Of a DNA stretch of 64,000 bases, positions 39,019 to 49,187 are shown in pieces. The DNA lies in the IMG/VR virus record IMGVR_UViG_3300044641_005242, positions 1-64,000 of that record; one strand, given 5' to 3'. Under the pieces are notes generated by a model, which had not been told where the DNA came from, did not search any database, and saw nothing but the letters and a program-made list of their open reading frames with translations. The DNA comes from an uncultured virus (IMG/VR IMGVR_UViG_3300044641_005242). Its lineage: Duplodnaviria; Heunggongvirae; Uroviricota; Caudoviricetes. The stretch's first letter is position 1. Each line of letters starts with the position of its first letter. A program made the position numbers and the translations under genes.

Positions 39019-39611
39019 AATTTAATGTTTTTACTTTTTTTGTGATTTTCTACGGCTGATATAAAACGTAAATTGTTGATATTTCCTATTTCTTCGGGAG
39101 GTATATTATTTTTATAACCATATATTATTGGTTTTATATGATCGATGTGAAAAGCATTTTTATCTATATCAACTCGTGTTCTTTTACAACGATTATAACC
39201 ATCTAACAAATGTAAAGGCTGTGATTCGGTTATTTTCCAAACTTTTTTATAATAATTGATTTTATTTATATCTTCGTTGATATATGCGTGTTTAGTTCTA
39301 CATAACATACTACAATACTTTCCAGTATATTTTCGTTTACCAACCGCCTTATAGGAGTTTCCGCAATATATGCATTTTTTTATAGTTGCGTTTTTAAAAT
39401 TCCAAGGTTGTCTGCCTTTTAGAGAATCGGAAATTTTTTGTTTGTGTGTGTTAGGCATTCCATTACGAAATTGAAAAATAGTACCACAATTCTTAGAACA
39501 ATATTTCTTTTTTGTTTGGTATGTGTTCCAACTCATGGTTTTTGATTTTTCCATGATCAAACCACAATTTTTACACTTTTTTAATTTTGTAGAAGATTCA
39601 ATTGGCCGCAT
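39015..39611 (-). CDS. HNH homing endonuclease with Zn-ribbon and NUMOD3 motifs
   Basis: CKNCG/YCSKNC, HKQKISDSLKG..PWN, HIDHIKP...NLRFI...EN. Confidence 0.75.
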   Translation of the reverse strand: MRPIESSTKLKKCKNCGLIMEKSKTMSWNTYQTKKKYCSKNCGTIFQFRNGMPNTHKQKISDSLKGRQPWNFKNATIKKCIYCGNSYKAVGKRKYTGKYCSMLCRTKHAYINEDINKINYYKKVWKITESQPLHLLDGYNRCKRTRVDIDKNAFHIDHIKPIIYGYKNNIPPEEIGNINNLRFISAVENHKKSKNIKL

Positions 39612-39648
39612 ATTAATATATATCTACTTGGTAAAATAAAACTAATTT

Positions 39649-40236
39649 TCATCTTTTAATACATATCAGATAACCACCCGATTTCTCCACGGTGAATAGT
39701 TTATTTAATTTCTCAATCCACCAACTTTCTGGTTTAACTGTCATATGAAGTATTACCCCATTTGTATCTTCACCTGATTGTCTATATGTAATAGAAAACA
39801 CACATCTATTTTTAACAACTCGGTTCATTTCTGCAAAAATTACATCTATATCGTTTTCTAAGCAGTGTTCTAAACAATCAAATGATGTTATTATATCAAT
39901 AGAGTTATTTTCAAAAGGAATATGATGTGATTCACCATCTATAAATTGGATGTTTGGATTATTGATAACATTGCCGGTTTTTACTGAAGCAATGTCCATA
40001 CCATATACTTTTTCAATACCTGACTTTTGTACATCATTACAGAAGTATCCAAATCCACATCCTATGTCTAAAACTGATGTGGGTTTTAAGCTCAAAATGT
40101 GTGGGATTATGTTTTTTCCAAAATGTCCTCGGCCATATCCTCTAGAATCATTTCTTTTTCTATAGTGTTGATCTTTATCTACATAAATAGATTCATACTT
40201 ATCTCGTTCTAGTTTTCTTAGTTCTTCTATATTCAT
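39649..40236 (-). CDS. Class I SAM-dependent methyltransferase
   Basis: SVLDIGCGFG, IPFENNSIDII, DCLEH, LHMTV...WW. Confidence 0.85.
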   Translation of the reverse strand: MNIEELRKLERDKYESIYVDKDQHYRKRNDSRGYGRGHFGKNIIPHILSLKPTSVLDIGCGFGYFCNDVQKSGIEKVYGMDIASVKTGNVINNPNIQFIDGESHHIPFENNSIDIITSFDCLEHCLENDIDVIFAEMNRVVKNRCVFSITYRQSGEDTNGVILHMTVKPESWWIEKLNKLFTVEKSGGYLICIKR

Positions 40237-41063
40237 ATTAAACCGCTTTCTTTGAATCTTGTTGACCAACCTAAAAATGTACTTCTACTATTTCCATACA
40301 TGTTTGTTTTAGACAATATCAACATCTCTATAAATGCTTCTATAATTGAAAATTCATTTCTAGACGCATTATAGTTCCAACGTCTATTATCACTATCTAT
40401 TACCTGACCATTCCAACCAGCTGCTGGATTTTGTTTTTCTGTGTAATGTGATTTATTGTAAAATACTAAATTTTTATTGGGTTTTAAAAAGTCTTCAACT
40501 GCTTTTTCATCTGTACATATAAAAATACGTTTTGTTGGATTATTTTTAATGAAGTTATATGCGTAATGAATATTTTCGTCTCTTGATGGAAAATCAGAAG
40601 CACGGATGTGAAGACCCAAAGTATTGTTGTCAATATTATTATCAGATACAAATTTATTAACTTTATCTTTGATTGTAGAATTAATTTTTAAACGACTATA
40701 ACAAGATTTTAGATCTTCCGGGGTAACACTAAGTCTATCATTTAATAATAAGAATGTTGAATCTTTGCCGGTAGGTTGATTTAAAAATACCTGTCTGTTG
40801 TATTTTAAATCTTTTCGGTGTGCGTATAATGGTATAGATGGTTCTAATTTTTTATCTAACTCGGTGATTGTGTTTTCAATATATGTAAAATTAAAATCAA
40901 ACAATAATCTTAAGTCAAAATCTGTAGATCGATTTCTTACATTATTTACAACTAAATCTTTATGATAAAAATTTGAAAAATATATTCCTTGAAATAATCC
41001 ATTAAATTTATTTCCCAATCCACCATCCATTATCACTATTACAGCATTATTATAATTTAACAT
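40233..41063 (-). CDS. Fucosyltransferase-like GT (NodZ/GT11/GT23-like)
   Basis: GGLGN, GLHIRASD, FICTD, EMLILSK...STF. Confidence 0.7.
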   Translation of the reverse strand: MLNYNNAVIVIMDGGLGNKFNGLFQGIYFSNFYHKDLVVNNVRNRSTDFDLRLLFDFNFTYIENTITELDKKLEPSIPLYAHRKDLKYNRQVFLNQPTGKDSTFLLLNDRLSVTPEDLKSCYSRLKINSTIKDKVNKFVSDNNIDNNTLGLHIRASDFPSRDENIHYAYNFIKNNPTKRIFICTDEKAVEDFLKPNKNLVFYNKSHYTEKQNPAAGWNGQVIDSDNRRWNYNASRNEFSIIEAFIEMLILSKTNMYGNSRSTFLGWSTRFKESGLI

Positions 41064-41842
41064 ATATGAATATTTTCGTTACATCCACCAAAATACCATG
41101 CTAATTCTGAAAAAGTACTCACAGAATTGAGTATCATATGATTTCCTTTAGATAATAACATCATATCTGTGAAATCGTCTTCAAATGTTCTTCGTGAGTT
41201 TTTTTCAATGTAATTAATAAAAGTTTTGTTTGGACATGATTTTTTTATAATATCCGACTCAGATTGAGAGTCAGTTGATATAAATATTTTTTTGTCTGAT
41301 AAATTATTAATATAATCAATACATCGTTGACGGCCATGATCTATCCATGTTTTATTTCTTGTAGATGCGTGTCTTGATGATTTATCATTGACAAAATTAT
41401 CTGCGTTAAAACTTCGAATATGAACAGAACTATAGTTTCCGTGGTTTTTAACAAATTCATTTACTTTGTGTTCAATTATCGCATTAGGACGAAGATTTTG
41501 TCCGATTAATTTTACTATTTTCAATCTAAATGATATCGGTATTCTTAGATATTCAAAATCAATGTTTCTACCAAACTCGTCACAATGATCAAAATCCTGA
41601 TTTTTTAGGGTTACACGACAAAAATTGTCAGGAATTTCTGTATCTGATTTTAAAACAATAATTCTCCACGTATTGATAGGAATATATTTTATACTAGTAT
41701 CTTTGATACATATAGACTGGTTTCTAAAAATATTTTCAAAATATGGTAAGTGTGCTTTTGATTCTGGATGCAACCTAATTGCTGAGATAAACTTTTTTAT
41801 CTGATTACCAATCCCACCACCACCTGTTGTTATATAAGGCAT
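41057..41842 (-). CDS. Fucosyltransferase-like GT (NodZ/GT11/GT23-like)
   Basis: GGIGNQI, SVHIRS, FISTDS, DMMLLSKG...STFSELAW. Confidence 0.7.
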   Translation of the reverse strand: MPYITTGGGGIGNQIKKFISAIRLHPESKAHLPYFENIFRNQSICIKDTSIKYIPINTWRIIVLKSDTEIPDNFCRVTLKNQDFDHCDEFGRNIDFEYLRIPISFRLKIVKLIGQNLRPNAIIEHKVNEFVKNHGNYSSVHIRSFNADNFVNDKSSRHASTRNKTWIDHGRQRCIDYINNLSDKKIFISTDSQSESDIIKKSCPNKTFINYIEKNSRRTFEDDFTDMMLLSKGNHMILNSVSTFSELAWYFGGCNENIHIC

Positions 41843-41845
41843 ATA

Positions 41846-42724
41846 TCAACTGCGTTTAATTAATAGATTTGACTTTTGTAAAGATGTATTTAAACTTTTG
41901 TACTTTTCTTTGCTTTTTTTATACAAGCATATGAAATTTCCTCCCTGGTTTGCACCTTTATAGAATAATTTTTCAAAATGATGTTCTTTTAAATAACAAT
42001 CCAGAATATCTGGATCACATACTTCGTATGGATAACCACCCAGCCAGTCTATACAATCGTTGTATTTATTCATACCTCGGCTATTGATGGAATTAATATC
42101 TATTCCACGGGAAATATAATGATAGTTCAACCAGTCGTATATCATTCTTTTCTTTATATCATCTTTATTTGCATTATAACATACTTTTAATTTTAAATCA
42201 TCCATATATCTATCACCACTGATATAAAGAGCCAAATGAAGAATGCCATTATCATTTACCATAGATGTTGCATTTTTGATAGCTTTCCACATATCTCCGG
42301 TGTGGTGTAAAACGCCCCAGGAATAAACAATATCATACTTTTTAGAAGTTTTTACATATACATCATTCAATATAGATTGATGTTTAATATTCCAATTATG
42401 ATTTGAAACCAACTTATGAAAAAACTTTTCTTTGGTTAGATTACAAGCTTCTACTGAATTTGTATCTACATCAATAGAATCCACTTGTTTACAACCAAGT
42501 AGATTAAACGATAGAGATGAAAGACCGGATCCACACCCAATATCTAACACCGATTTATCCGTAAAATCATAATCTTTATAGTAGCTTGACAGATTTGACA
42601 TGTGAGTGTGTATGATATCATCTGTAAGTTTTGATTTAACATAATCGATCCAGTTTAATCCAAAGGAAAACTGATCATTTTCTGACATTGTATCTATTTG
42701 TTTAACGAAGTCTTCAAAATTCAT
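41846..42724 (-). CDS. Class I SAM-dependent methyltransferase
   Basis: FSFGLNW, VLDIGCGSGL, YDIVYSWGVLHHTG, DWLGGYPYE. Confidence 0.85.
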   Translation of the reverse strand: MNFEDFVKQIDTMSENDQFSFGLNWIDYVKSKLTDDIIHTHMSNLSSYYKDYDFTDKSVLDIGCGSGLSSLSFNLLGCKQVDSIDVDTNSVEACNLTKEKFFHKLVSNHNWNIKHQSILNDVYVKTSKKYDIVYSWGVLHHTGDMWKAIKNATSMVNDNGILHLALYISGDRYMDDLKLKVCYNANKDDIKKRMIYDWLNYHYISRGIDINSINSRGMNKYNDCIDWLGGYPYEVCDPDILDCYLKEHHFEKLFYKGANQGGNFICLYKKSKEKYKSLNTSLQKSNLLIKRS

Positions 42725-42725
42725 A

Positions 42726-43364
42726 TTATTTTTTAGTAAAAAATGACCAATTCCACATGCTTTCAAATACCAAATTATGACTCTTTTTTAATTCAGATGT
42801 TATATTTGTGTGTAGTACATCGCTATTGTTTACAAAGTCATGAAACTGAATTTGAAGATGTTTTATCTTATTTATATAACCACTATTAATTATATGCGGT
42901 AATATTTCATATTCTATTCCCTCAATATTAATTTTTAATAAATCAACATGATCATATTCATTTAGTATTTGAACTACATCACGAATAACAATTTTTTCAA
43001 GTGGTTCATGTGCATATTTAGCAACATTACGTTGATACGAATCATTTTTATCATTCTTTTTCTTTTGTTCAGCATACTCTCTGATTGAACTACCTTCGTC
43101 ACATACGTGAATGTGCGTTGTTCCATTCATCGTACTTACGCCACAATTAAATGGAATCAAATTTGGGTTTTTCTTTTTAACAATTTGTTGATAATAACGA
43201 TTTACCGCTTCATAAACATAAACTCTACATCCATATTTAGATGCAATATTTTCAGCAAATCCGCCTGTAAAACCACCAAAGTCTAGTACAATACTATTTT
43301 TGTTTAGATCATAAGTATAACGCATATTTTCATACGTGGCGTTCCACGAACCTCTTGTTTTCAT
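42726..43364 (-). CDS. FkbM-family methyltransferase
   Basis: VLDFGGFTG, YEAV, DLLKINIEGIEY, QIQFH. Confidence 0.85.
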   Translation of the reverse strand: MKTRGSWNATYENMRYTYDLNKNSIVLDFGGFTGGFAENIASKYGCRVYVYEAVNRYYQQIVKKKNPNLIPFNCGVSTMNGTTHIHVCDEGSSIREYAEQKKKNDKNDSYQRNVAKYAHEPLEKIVIRDVVQILNEYDHVDLLKINIEGIEYEILPHIINSGYINKIKHLQIQFHDFVNNSDVLHTNITSELKKSHNLVFESMWNWSFFTKK

Positions 43365-44680
43365 AATAAATTTTTATTTGCTTGAAACCCAATTTTTTTA
43401 TTTTGTTCAAACGGAAAATTGTTTTCCAATAAATATTCGTGGATCACATGCTTATACTTTTTATTTTTTACGTCAGACGACAAATTCAAATACTCTTGGA
43501 CCAACTCTAAATCCAAGAATGGATATCTAGATTCAATACCAAATGAACCAGCAACATATTCTTCTTTAGAAATATAAAGTTCTTGGGTACCTTTAAAGAA
43601 GTTTCTCCAAGGAAACACGGATTTTAGATTAGATGGGAACTTACCACCAAATGTACTATGGCCATAGATTTTATTGCCGTTCATACCATAGTCTGAAATG
43701 ATCTCATCAGCACCTTGACCAGAGATGTATATTTTTCTACCATCTTTTTGAGCCAATGTACAAATGTGAGCCAATCCATAACACGCTTTATCAGATCGTA
43801 TATTTGTACCTAAATCCTCAGATATAAAATCCTCACATTTATTACCAAATAGTGTAGATGAGTAGTATTCGTATTCGTTCTTTTTTAAATTAATTAATTC
43901 GGCATTTTTAATTAATTTGAATCTTTGATTAATTATATCTATATTTTCCGATGCAGCTACACTATAAGCTTTGTAATCTATGCCTGTTTTATTCAATGCA
44001 CAACTTATGATGCCACTATCATATCCACTACTAAGTCCAATAAAAAATTTTTTGTCCGCAGAAAACTTTGTTCTTTTTTCTATAGCCTTGTCAAACTTAT
44101 ATATCCAACTATCTACATTTGGTTTGTACTGATCTAAATTAAAATTGGTTATGGTTCTAGTTGACAACTGACCAGATCTAATATCATAGATATAAGTTGT
44201 ATTTGCTTCCACTTTATTTGCTCGTTTAAAATTTGATAATAAAATAGGAGTGGTATATGTAGAAACTGAGATAGATTTATCATCAATACTATAAAATAGT
44301 GGTTTGGTTCTGAATGTATCTGATGAAAAGATGATTCGTTTGGTATTCAAATCCAAGATCAAAATGGCATATTCACCATCTAATTTACTAGTAAACTCTG
44401 GACCATACTTCTGATACAGATCTATAATAACTTCACTATCACACTTTGCATTTGAATCAAAGTCTTTGAAATTATAAATTTCTCCATTAAACAACACATA
44501 AATGTTATTTTTATCGAGAGGTTGTGATGTAAATTGACCTGTTAAACTTAATAAATTATGAATTAAAGTATAATTTTCAACTTTTATCACATTGGTATAG
44601 TCTGGCCCTCTAGGTTTCAAAAACTTGTTTAGTTCTTCCAGATTACCGAGATATTGATTACTAAAATAAAAGCTACACAT
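43361..44680 (-). CDS. Asparagine synthetase B-like glutamine amidotransferase
   Basis: N-terminal Met-Cys, RGPD, FNGEIYN, KPLFY, LSSGYDS, SGQGADE, RYPFLD. Confidence 0.88.
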   Translation of the reverse strand: MCSFYFSNQYLGNLEELNKFLKPRGPDYTNVIKVENYTLIHNLLSLTGQFTSQPLDKNNIYVLFNGEIYNFKDFDSNAKCDSEVIIDLYQKYGPEFTSKLDGEYAILILDLNTKRIIFSSDTFRTKPLFYSIDDKSISVSTYTTPILLSNFKRANKVEANTTYIYDIRSGQLSTRTITNFNLDQYKPNVDSWIYKFDKAIEKRTKFSADKKFFIGLSSGYDSGIISCALNKTGIDYKAYSVAASENIDIINQRFKLIKNAELINLKKNEYEYYSSTLFGNKCEDFISEDLGTNIRSDKACYGLAHICTLAQKDGRKIYISGQGADEIISDYGMNGNKIYGHSTFGGKFPSNLKSVFPWRNFFKGTQELYISKEEYVAGSFGIESRYPFLDLELVQEYLNLSSDVKNKKYKHVIHEYLLENNFPFEQNKKIGFQANKNLL

Positions 44681-45363
44681 TAGAGAATCGATTTTAGACT
44701 ATTTAGTCTGTGGTTCAACAATTGCACAGCATCCCCAATTTTATGTCCTTTAAAATGTAAAATTCTTGCTTCAGGCGGAGTTGACTGAAAATTAATACAA
44801 TTGATTGTTGTTTCTGGGATTTCTTGTATTAAGATTTTATCTTTCATTGACGGAATTGTACGAACCAAAGCCGTAGTTTCTCTTGGTACAGTTGGTATTT
44901 TACTCATGTTGTCTCTCCAAACATCAATAAATTCTAAACAAGCCTTTGGTTTAATTAAACCAACGAACGATGCTATATATGGAGACGTATGTACACGTTT
45001 CGTAACAGCTATATCTTTGGTCATATCTATGACATCAATAAACTCATGTAAAAAGTAACAATCAACGTCTATTAAAAATATAGGATTGTCCTTTTTAGTA
45101 GCTAAGTCACGTAAGAACTGAGTTTTAAGATCAATATTTTTTTGCCATCCCTCATCCCATATATTTTTTGTAGTAATAGATCCATGGTATTTGGCAATTT
45201 TAACTCGGTTGTTATTGAAGATCGGATCTTCTTTGAAATTTTCACCAGTATATAATACAATTAGTTCGGTCATGCCGTTACACTTTTCAAGAGCCGATTT
45301 TGTAAAATAATATAAAAAATCCCAATATATGTCATTAACGACGGTGCAAATAGTATAATTCAT
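44680..45363 (-). CDS. Nucleotide-diphospho-sugar transferase (GT-A)
   Basis: LIDVDC (DxD), ILHFKG. Confidence 0.7.
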   Translation of the reverse strand: MNYTICTVVNDIYWDFLYYFTKSALEKCNGMTELIVLYTGENFKEDPIFNNNRVKIAKYHGSITTKNIWDEGWQKNIDLKTQFLRDLATKKDNPIFLIDVDCYFLHEFIDVIDMTKDIAVTKRVHTSPYIASFVGLIKPKACLEFIDVWRDNMSKIPTVPRETTALVRTIPSMKDKILIQEIPETTINCINFQSTPPEARILHFKGHKIGDAVQLLNHRLNSLKSIL

Positions 45364-45365
45364 AA

Positions 45366-46136
45366 TTATGTATATAACTTCTTATAGGTTTTGTTCATAT
45401 AGTGTTCAACCTTTGTACCATAACTAGTATCGGGAATGCCATTAAAATGATAAACCCAACCATAATCTGTAAACACCAAATCATCAGTCAATCCTTCAGT
45501 TAGAAATAATCCCATCATGTTATACTCATATGGTAAGATGTTTACATCAATGTTTCTCATTTGTAGTAAGAAATTCATTGGTGTTTGATCTGTACCCAAC
45601 TTGATTGTGGATTCTAATTGATAGATGCGTTCACGATTTTCAAGATAAAATTGCTTGAGATAATCTAAATGTTCTTTATGTGATTCATTGAATATTTGAA
45701 ATCCACCATTGATATACTTCCAAATATCTAACTTATAATCATTAAATAATAACTTGCTATAACACTCTGTACTACGAATAACCCATTCATATACAACACC
45801 ATCATGTACACCTGTATATTTGTTGTTGGTCATTTCAAAGAAGTTAGGACAATTTGGATGTACAATAGTGTCTGCATCAACGATCAATACTTGATTATAC
45901 TTAATATTGCTTTGTTCCAACAAGTCCAACGCATAATAACGTTGCCACGCCAAACTAGTAACATTGGTATCCATCAATGGTTCGTCAAGTACAACAACTT
46001 GACAATCATGTTTTTTAGCAAAATGCTTCCAACTATTTATGCTATATTCGTAAATTTTATTAATCAGTGGAGTATTACGAAGCTTCTTTTCGTTGTTAGA
46101 AGAAACAACGGCTGGTATTAAAATGACATTTTTCAT
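45366..46136 (-). CDS. Glycosyltransferase, GT8/GT34-like
   Basis: IVDADT, YINGG, DQTPMN, LPYEYN, YHFNG. Confidence 0.8.
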   Translation of the reverse strand: MKNVILIPAVVSSNNEKKLRNTPLINKIYEYSINSWKHFAKKHDCQVVVLDEPLMDTNVTSLAWQRYYALDLLEQSNIKYNQVLIVDADTIVHPNCPNFFEMTNNKYTGVHDGVVYEWVIRSTECYSKLLFNDYKLDIWKYINGGFQIFNESHKEHLDYLKQFYLENRERIYQLESTIKLGTDQTPMNFLLQMRNIDVNILPYEYNMMGLFLTEGLTDDLVFTDYGWVYHFNGIPDTSYGTKVEHYMNKTYKKLYT

Positions 46137-46894
46137 TTGTAGAATTGATTTATATTGTTCCAAACATCATTGATTAAATTGTTTCTGTCTTGAATAGGAA
46201 AACCTGTAAAGTGCCAGATATAACCATACTTAAATAAAAATGTGGTTTTATCATCCAACTTATCATTATGCCAAAGCATTCCTTTTTTTATCATGCCAAC
46301 CGTATTCCAACAATATGGAAGTGTTTTTCTTTTGATACCTTCTTTAACCAAGAACAAATTCAAGATGGATTGTTCTTTACCAACACCTGGAACACTCCAG
46401 TTATCCATTTTGTCTTTGTTGGTCAAATAAAAATTCTTGAGCTTTTCAAAAAATGGTTTGTGTGATTTATGAAAGAATAATACTCCACCATTAATATATT
46501 GAGATAATGTCATGGGAACATCAGACAACTCTTCAAATGAAGATCTAAAAGCCTTTAGACTTTTATCAATCCACTGAATCGAAACATTATCCAATACACC
46601 GCAGAATTCATCGTCGTATAAATCAAAGATGTTAGGAGCATCCCACTTGATCATTGTATCAAAGTCAACCACACCTATTTTTTCATAACTATCTCCTACG
46701 TAGTCAAATACAAATTCTTTGTGCCAAACACTATACTTAACGTCTGGTCTTTTGCTTCTGATTACATAAAAGTCAATATTATGCTTGTCACAATAATATT
46801 GCCAACTATTGATGGTGTGTTCAAAATAAGTTTTATGAGAATGTTTAGACAATTCATCCTCAATAGCGACCATTAATATACAATTCTTAGCCAT
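46133..46894 (-). CDS. Glycosyltransferase, GT8/GT34-like (paralog of neighbour)
   Basis: VVDFDT, YINGG, EQSILN, LPYCWN, WHFTG. Confidence 0.8.
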   Translation of the reverse strand: MAKNCILMVAIEDELSKHSHKTYFEHTINSWQYYCDKHNIDFYVIRSKRPDVKYSVWHKEFVFDYVGDSYEKIGVVDFDTMIKWDAPNIFDLYDDEFCGVLDNVSIQWIDKSLKAFRSSFEELSDVPMTLSQYINGGVLFFHKSHKPFFEKLKNFYLTNKDKMDNWSVPGVGKEQSILNLFLVKEGIKRKTLPYCWNTVGMIKKGMLWHNDKLDDKTTFLFKYGYIWHFTGFPIQDRNNLINDVWNNINQFYK

Positions 46895-47693
46895 TTCGTT
46901 TTACCATTTGTTCGTTACTCTTTAATACGGTCTTCAAGATGGATAGATCCACACCAAGTTTATCACCATATCCAACCATAGCCTTTGTATCTTTTGGTAA
47001 ACACTTGCCACCAAAACCACGTTCATTAGCAAATACAGCTGTGTGAGACTTGTTGGTTCTTGGATCTAACAACCATAGATCACGTACTTCACTCCAATGA
47101 GTACCACTCTTCTCGCACAAATCATATAGTTCATTTACAAACGCAACCTTCATTGCGAAGTAAGTGTTTTCTACATACTTGGTGATTTCTGCACTAATAC
47201 TATCTGTGACACGATATGTTTTGCTTGGTCCAGTGATTGGCATATAAATGTCAACCAATCTATGTCCAACTGATTTATCATCTGAACCAAAAATAAAGAA
47301 TGGGGTTTGTTTAACATCAGTTGTAAAACCTTGTGGAGTCCAATATTTGGACTCACCAGCAAACTCTGGACTAAATACAATCTTCTTGTTATACTTTTCA
47401 ATCAACTTACGAGTTGTACCAATTTCAATAGTTGACTTGATGAGAATAATAGGATTGGTCATCCATGATACAGATTCTTCAACAATACTTGTATCACAAC
47501 TACCATCAGTATTTGATGGGGTTGGTACACAAACCACACCCAATTCACATTGATTAATTTCTTCCTTGGATACAGAGTTTGGATAAAGTGGATCACGAAT
47601 TACAACCTCATAATGGTCTTTGAAAAACGCATGAAATGCTTTTCCTACATATCCATAACCAACGATACCAATTTTAGTTTTTGATTTGCTCAT
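46887..47693 (-). CDS. UDP-glucose/GDP-mannose 6-dehydrogenase family, lacking the C-terminal domain
   Basis: GYGYVG, VCVPTP, IKST, SPEF, KYVEN..FAMKVAFVNE, GFGGKCLPKD. Confidence 0.88.
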   Translation of the reverse strand: MSKSKTKIGIVGYGYVGKAFHAFFKDHYEVVIRDPLYPNSVSKEEINQCELGVVCVPTPSNTDGSCDTSIVEESVSWMTNPIILIKSTIEIGTTRKLIEKYNKKIVFSPEFAGESKYWTPQGFTTDVKQTPFFIFGSDDKSVGHRLVDIYMPITGPSKTYRVTDSISAEITKYVENTYFAMKVAFVNELYDLCEKSGTHWSEVRDLWLLDPRTNKSHTAVFANERGFGGKCLPKDTKAMVGYGDKLGVDLSILKTVLKSNEQMVKRNG

Positions 47694-48624
47694 ATATTGT
47701 TTTCCAATTATCTAACCACTTTTGTTCTGTATAATATATTTGATATAATTCTCTAGATTGTTGTGAACACGAATTATAAAAAGAAATGTCGTCTTTAAGT
47801 TTATTTGCTAGCTTTTTTGCTTGTTCAATATCACCAATATCCACAGATAACTCTGGGTGTAATATTTGTTGTGTATCTAATCCTTTATATCCAATACATG
47901 GTATACCTAGATATGCACAATTGAGAGCAAAAGTACCAGCTGCGTGAGTACGCATCAAATGTATACCCACATTAAAATTAGCGAGTGCTTTAATCCATTC
48001 ATTCCACATCATGTATGGTAAATGATGTAAACTAGGAAATTGATCTTCGTTTTCTATTTTACGACCCATACTTGGTATAAAGATGGGTTTGTTGAATACT
48101 TGCGCTACAAAGTAACTATCTATACCACCATACCAACTACAAAAGTTACCACCGATAATAGGCATCTTGTTGTTTTCACGGGGTACATCTTTGATAGTAT
48201 CTTCAATCATAAGAGATTGTAGATTGAATGAAGGTTTATTAAATATACCCTTGAAATATGGAATATCGCTTTTGTTATGAACCAACAAGAAATCCATCTC
48301 ACTTAGAAAGTTAATATAATTAACTTGATTAATATAATTATAGTCTTGATAGTACCAAGCTGGACCTTCTTGCATTACAGTTACTTTTTTACCCCATTTC
48401 TTGACACTTTTTAATAATAAGTTTGTGTCAATTATTTCAAGTTTTTTGGGTGGAATTACAACGATTAGGTCATAACTTTTATCATTGGTATAAGAAAACC
48501 ACTCTTGGAAATTGTAGTGATCGGCATTTAAAGCAATTTGCCAAGCAAACTCTGTTCTGCAATTTACAAAATTTCTTGGTAGTTTTCCACTATGACCATT
48601 TTGACTAATAAAACAAATGTTCAT
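47674..48624 (-). CDS. Putative GT-B glycosyltransferase
   Basis: C-terminal AAGTFALNCAYLGIPCIG; cluster context. Confidence 0.55.
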   Translation of the reverse strand: MNICFISQNGHSGKLPRNFVNCRTEFAWQIALNADHYNFQEWFSYTNDKSYDLIVVIPPKKLEIIDTNLLLKSVKKWGKKVTVMQEGPAWYYQDYNYINQVNYINFLSEMDFLLVHNKSDIPYFKGIFNKPSFNLQSLMIEDTIKDVPRENNKMPIIGGNFCSWYGGIDSYFVAQVFNKPIFIPSMGRKIENEDQFPSLHHLPYMMWNEWIKALANFNVGIHLMRTHAAGTFALNCAYLGIPCIGYKGLDTQQILHPELSVDIGDIEQAKKLANKLKDDISFYNSCSQQSRELYQIYYTEQKWLDNWKTIYEQIKN

Positions 48625-49187
48625 ACTTCAATACAAATTACTCCTTCCCAATCATGTAGTGGTCTGGTGAACTTTTCTTCATCACTATGACCAATCTTGA
48701 CAATTGGTTTAATGACATTTTTGTCAAAAAGATCATTGAGTGAGTTGATAATTTCTGGATAAGCACCTACATCGTCAAAGATGAAGTACTTCTTACCGTC
48801 TGATTTTAACTTTAAGGCGTTATATACGTCTATTTGGACGGCATCATAGGTGTGGAGAGCATCCACCATAATTACATCGGCAGTATCAACAGGAAGCCCA
48901 TATTTGTATACATCTTGACCAAAGAACTTGACGTTGGTTCTACCATTTCGTTTGCAAAACTCATCTGCCTTGTCAAATTCCTTTTCATTGATTCCATATA
49001 CTTGGTTAAATAGGTAACTTAAAATAAAAGTGGTATAACCCAAATTGGATCCAATTTCCAAAGCAGTTTTGTTTTTAAACTCGGGTTTATTGAAGAATGT
49101 AAACACATCACGTTTAAACTTCTTGGAAGTAGTAGTTTTATGTTCAAACTTATCTGGCACTAAATTTAGGATTTCATCTATAGTCAT
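48621..49187 (-). CDS. SAM methyltransferase (Methyltransf_24-like)
   Basis: LEIGSNLGYT, MVDALHTY, IFDD. Confidence 0.78.
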   Translation of the reverse strand: MTIDEILNLVPDKFEHKTTTSKKFKRDVFTFFNKPEFKNKTALEIGSNLGYTTFILSYLFNQVYGINEKEFDKADEFCKRNGRTNVKFFGQDVYKYGLPVDTADVIMVDALHTYDAVQIDVYNALKLKSDGKKYFIFDDVGAYPEIINSLNDLFDKNVIKPIVKIGHSDEEKFTRPLHDWEGVICIEV

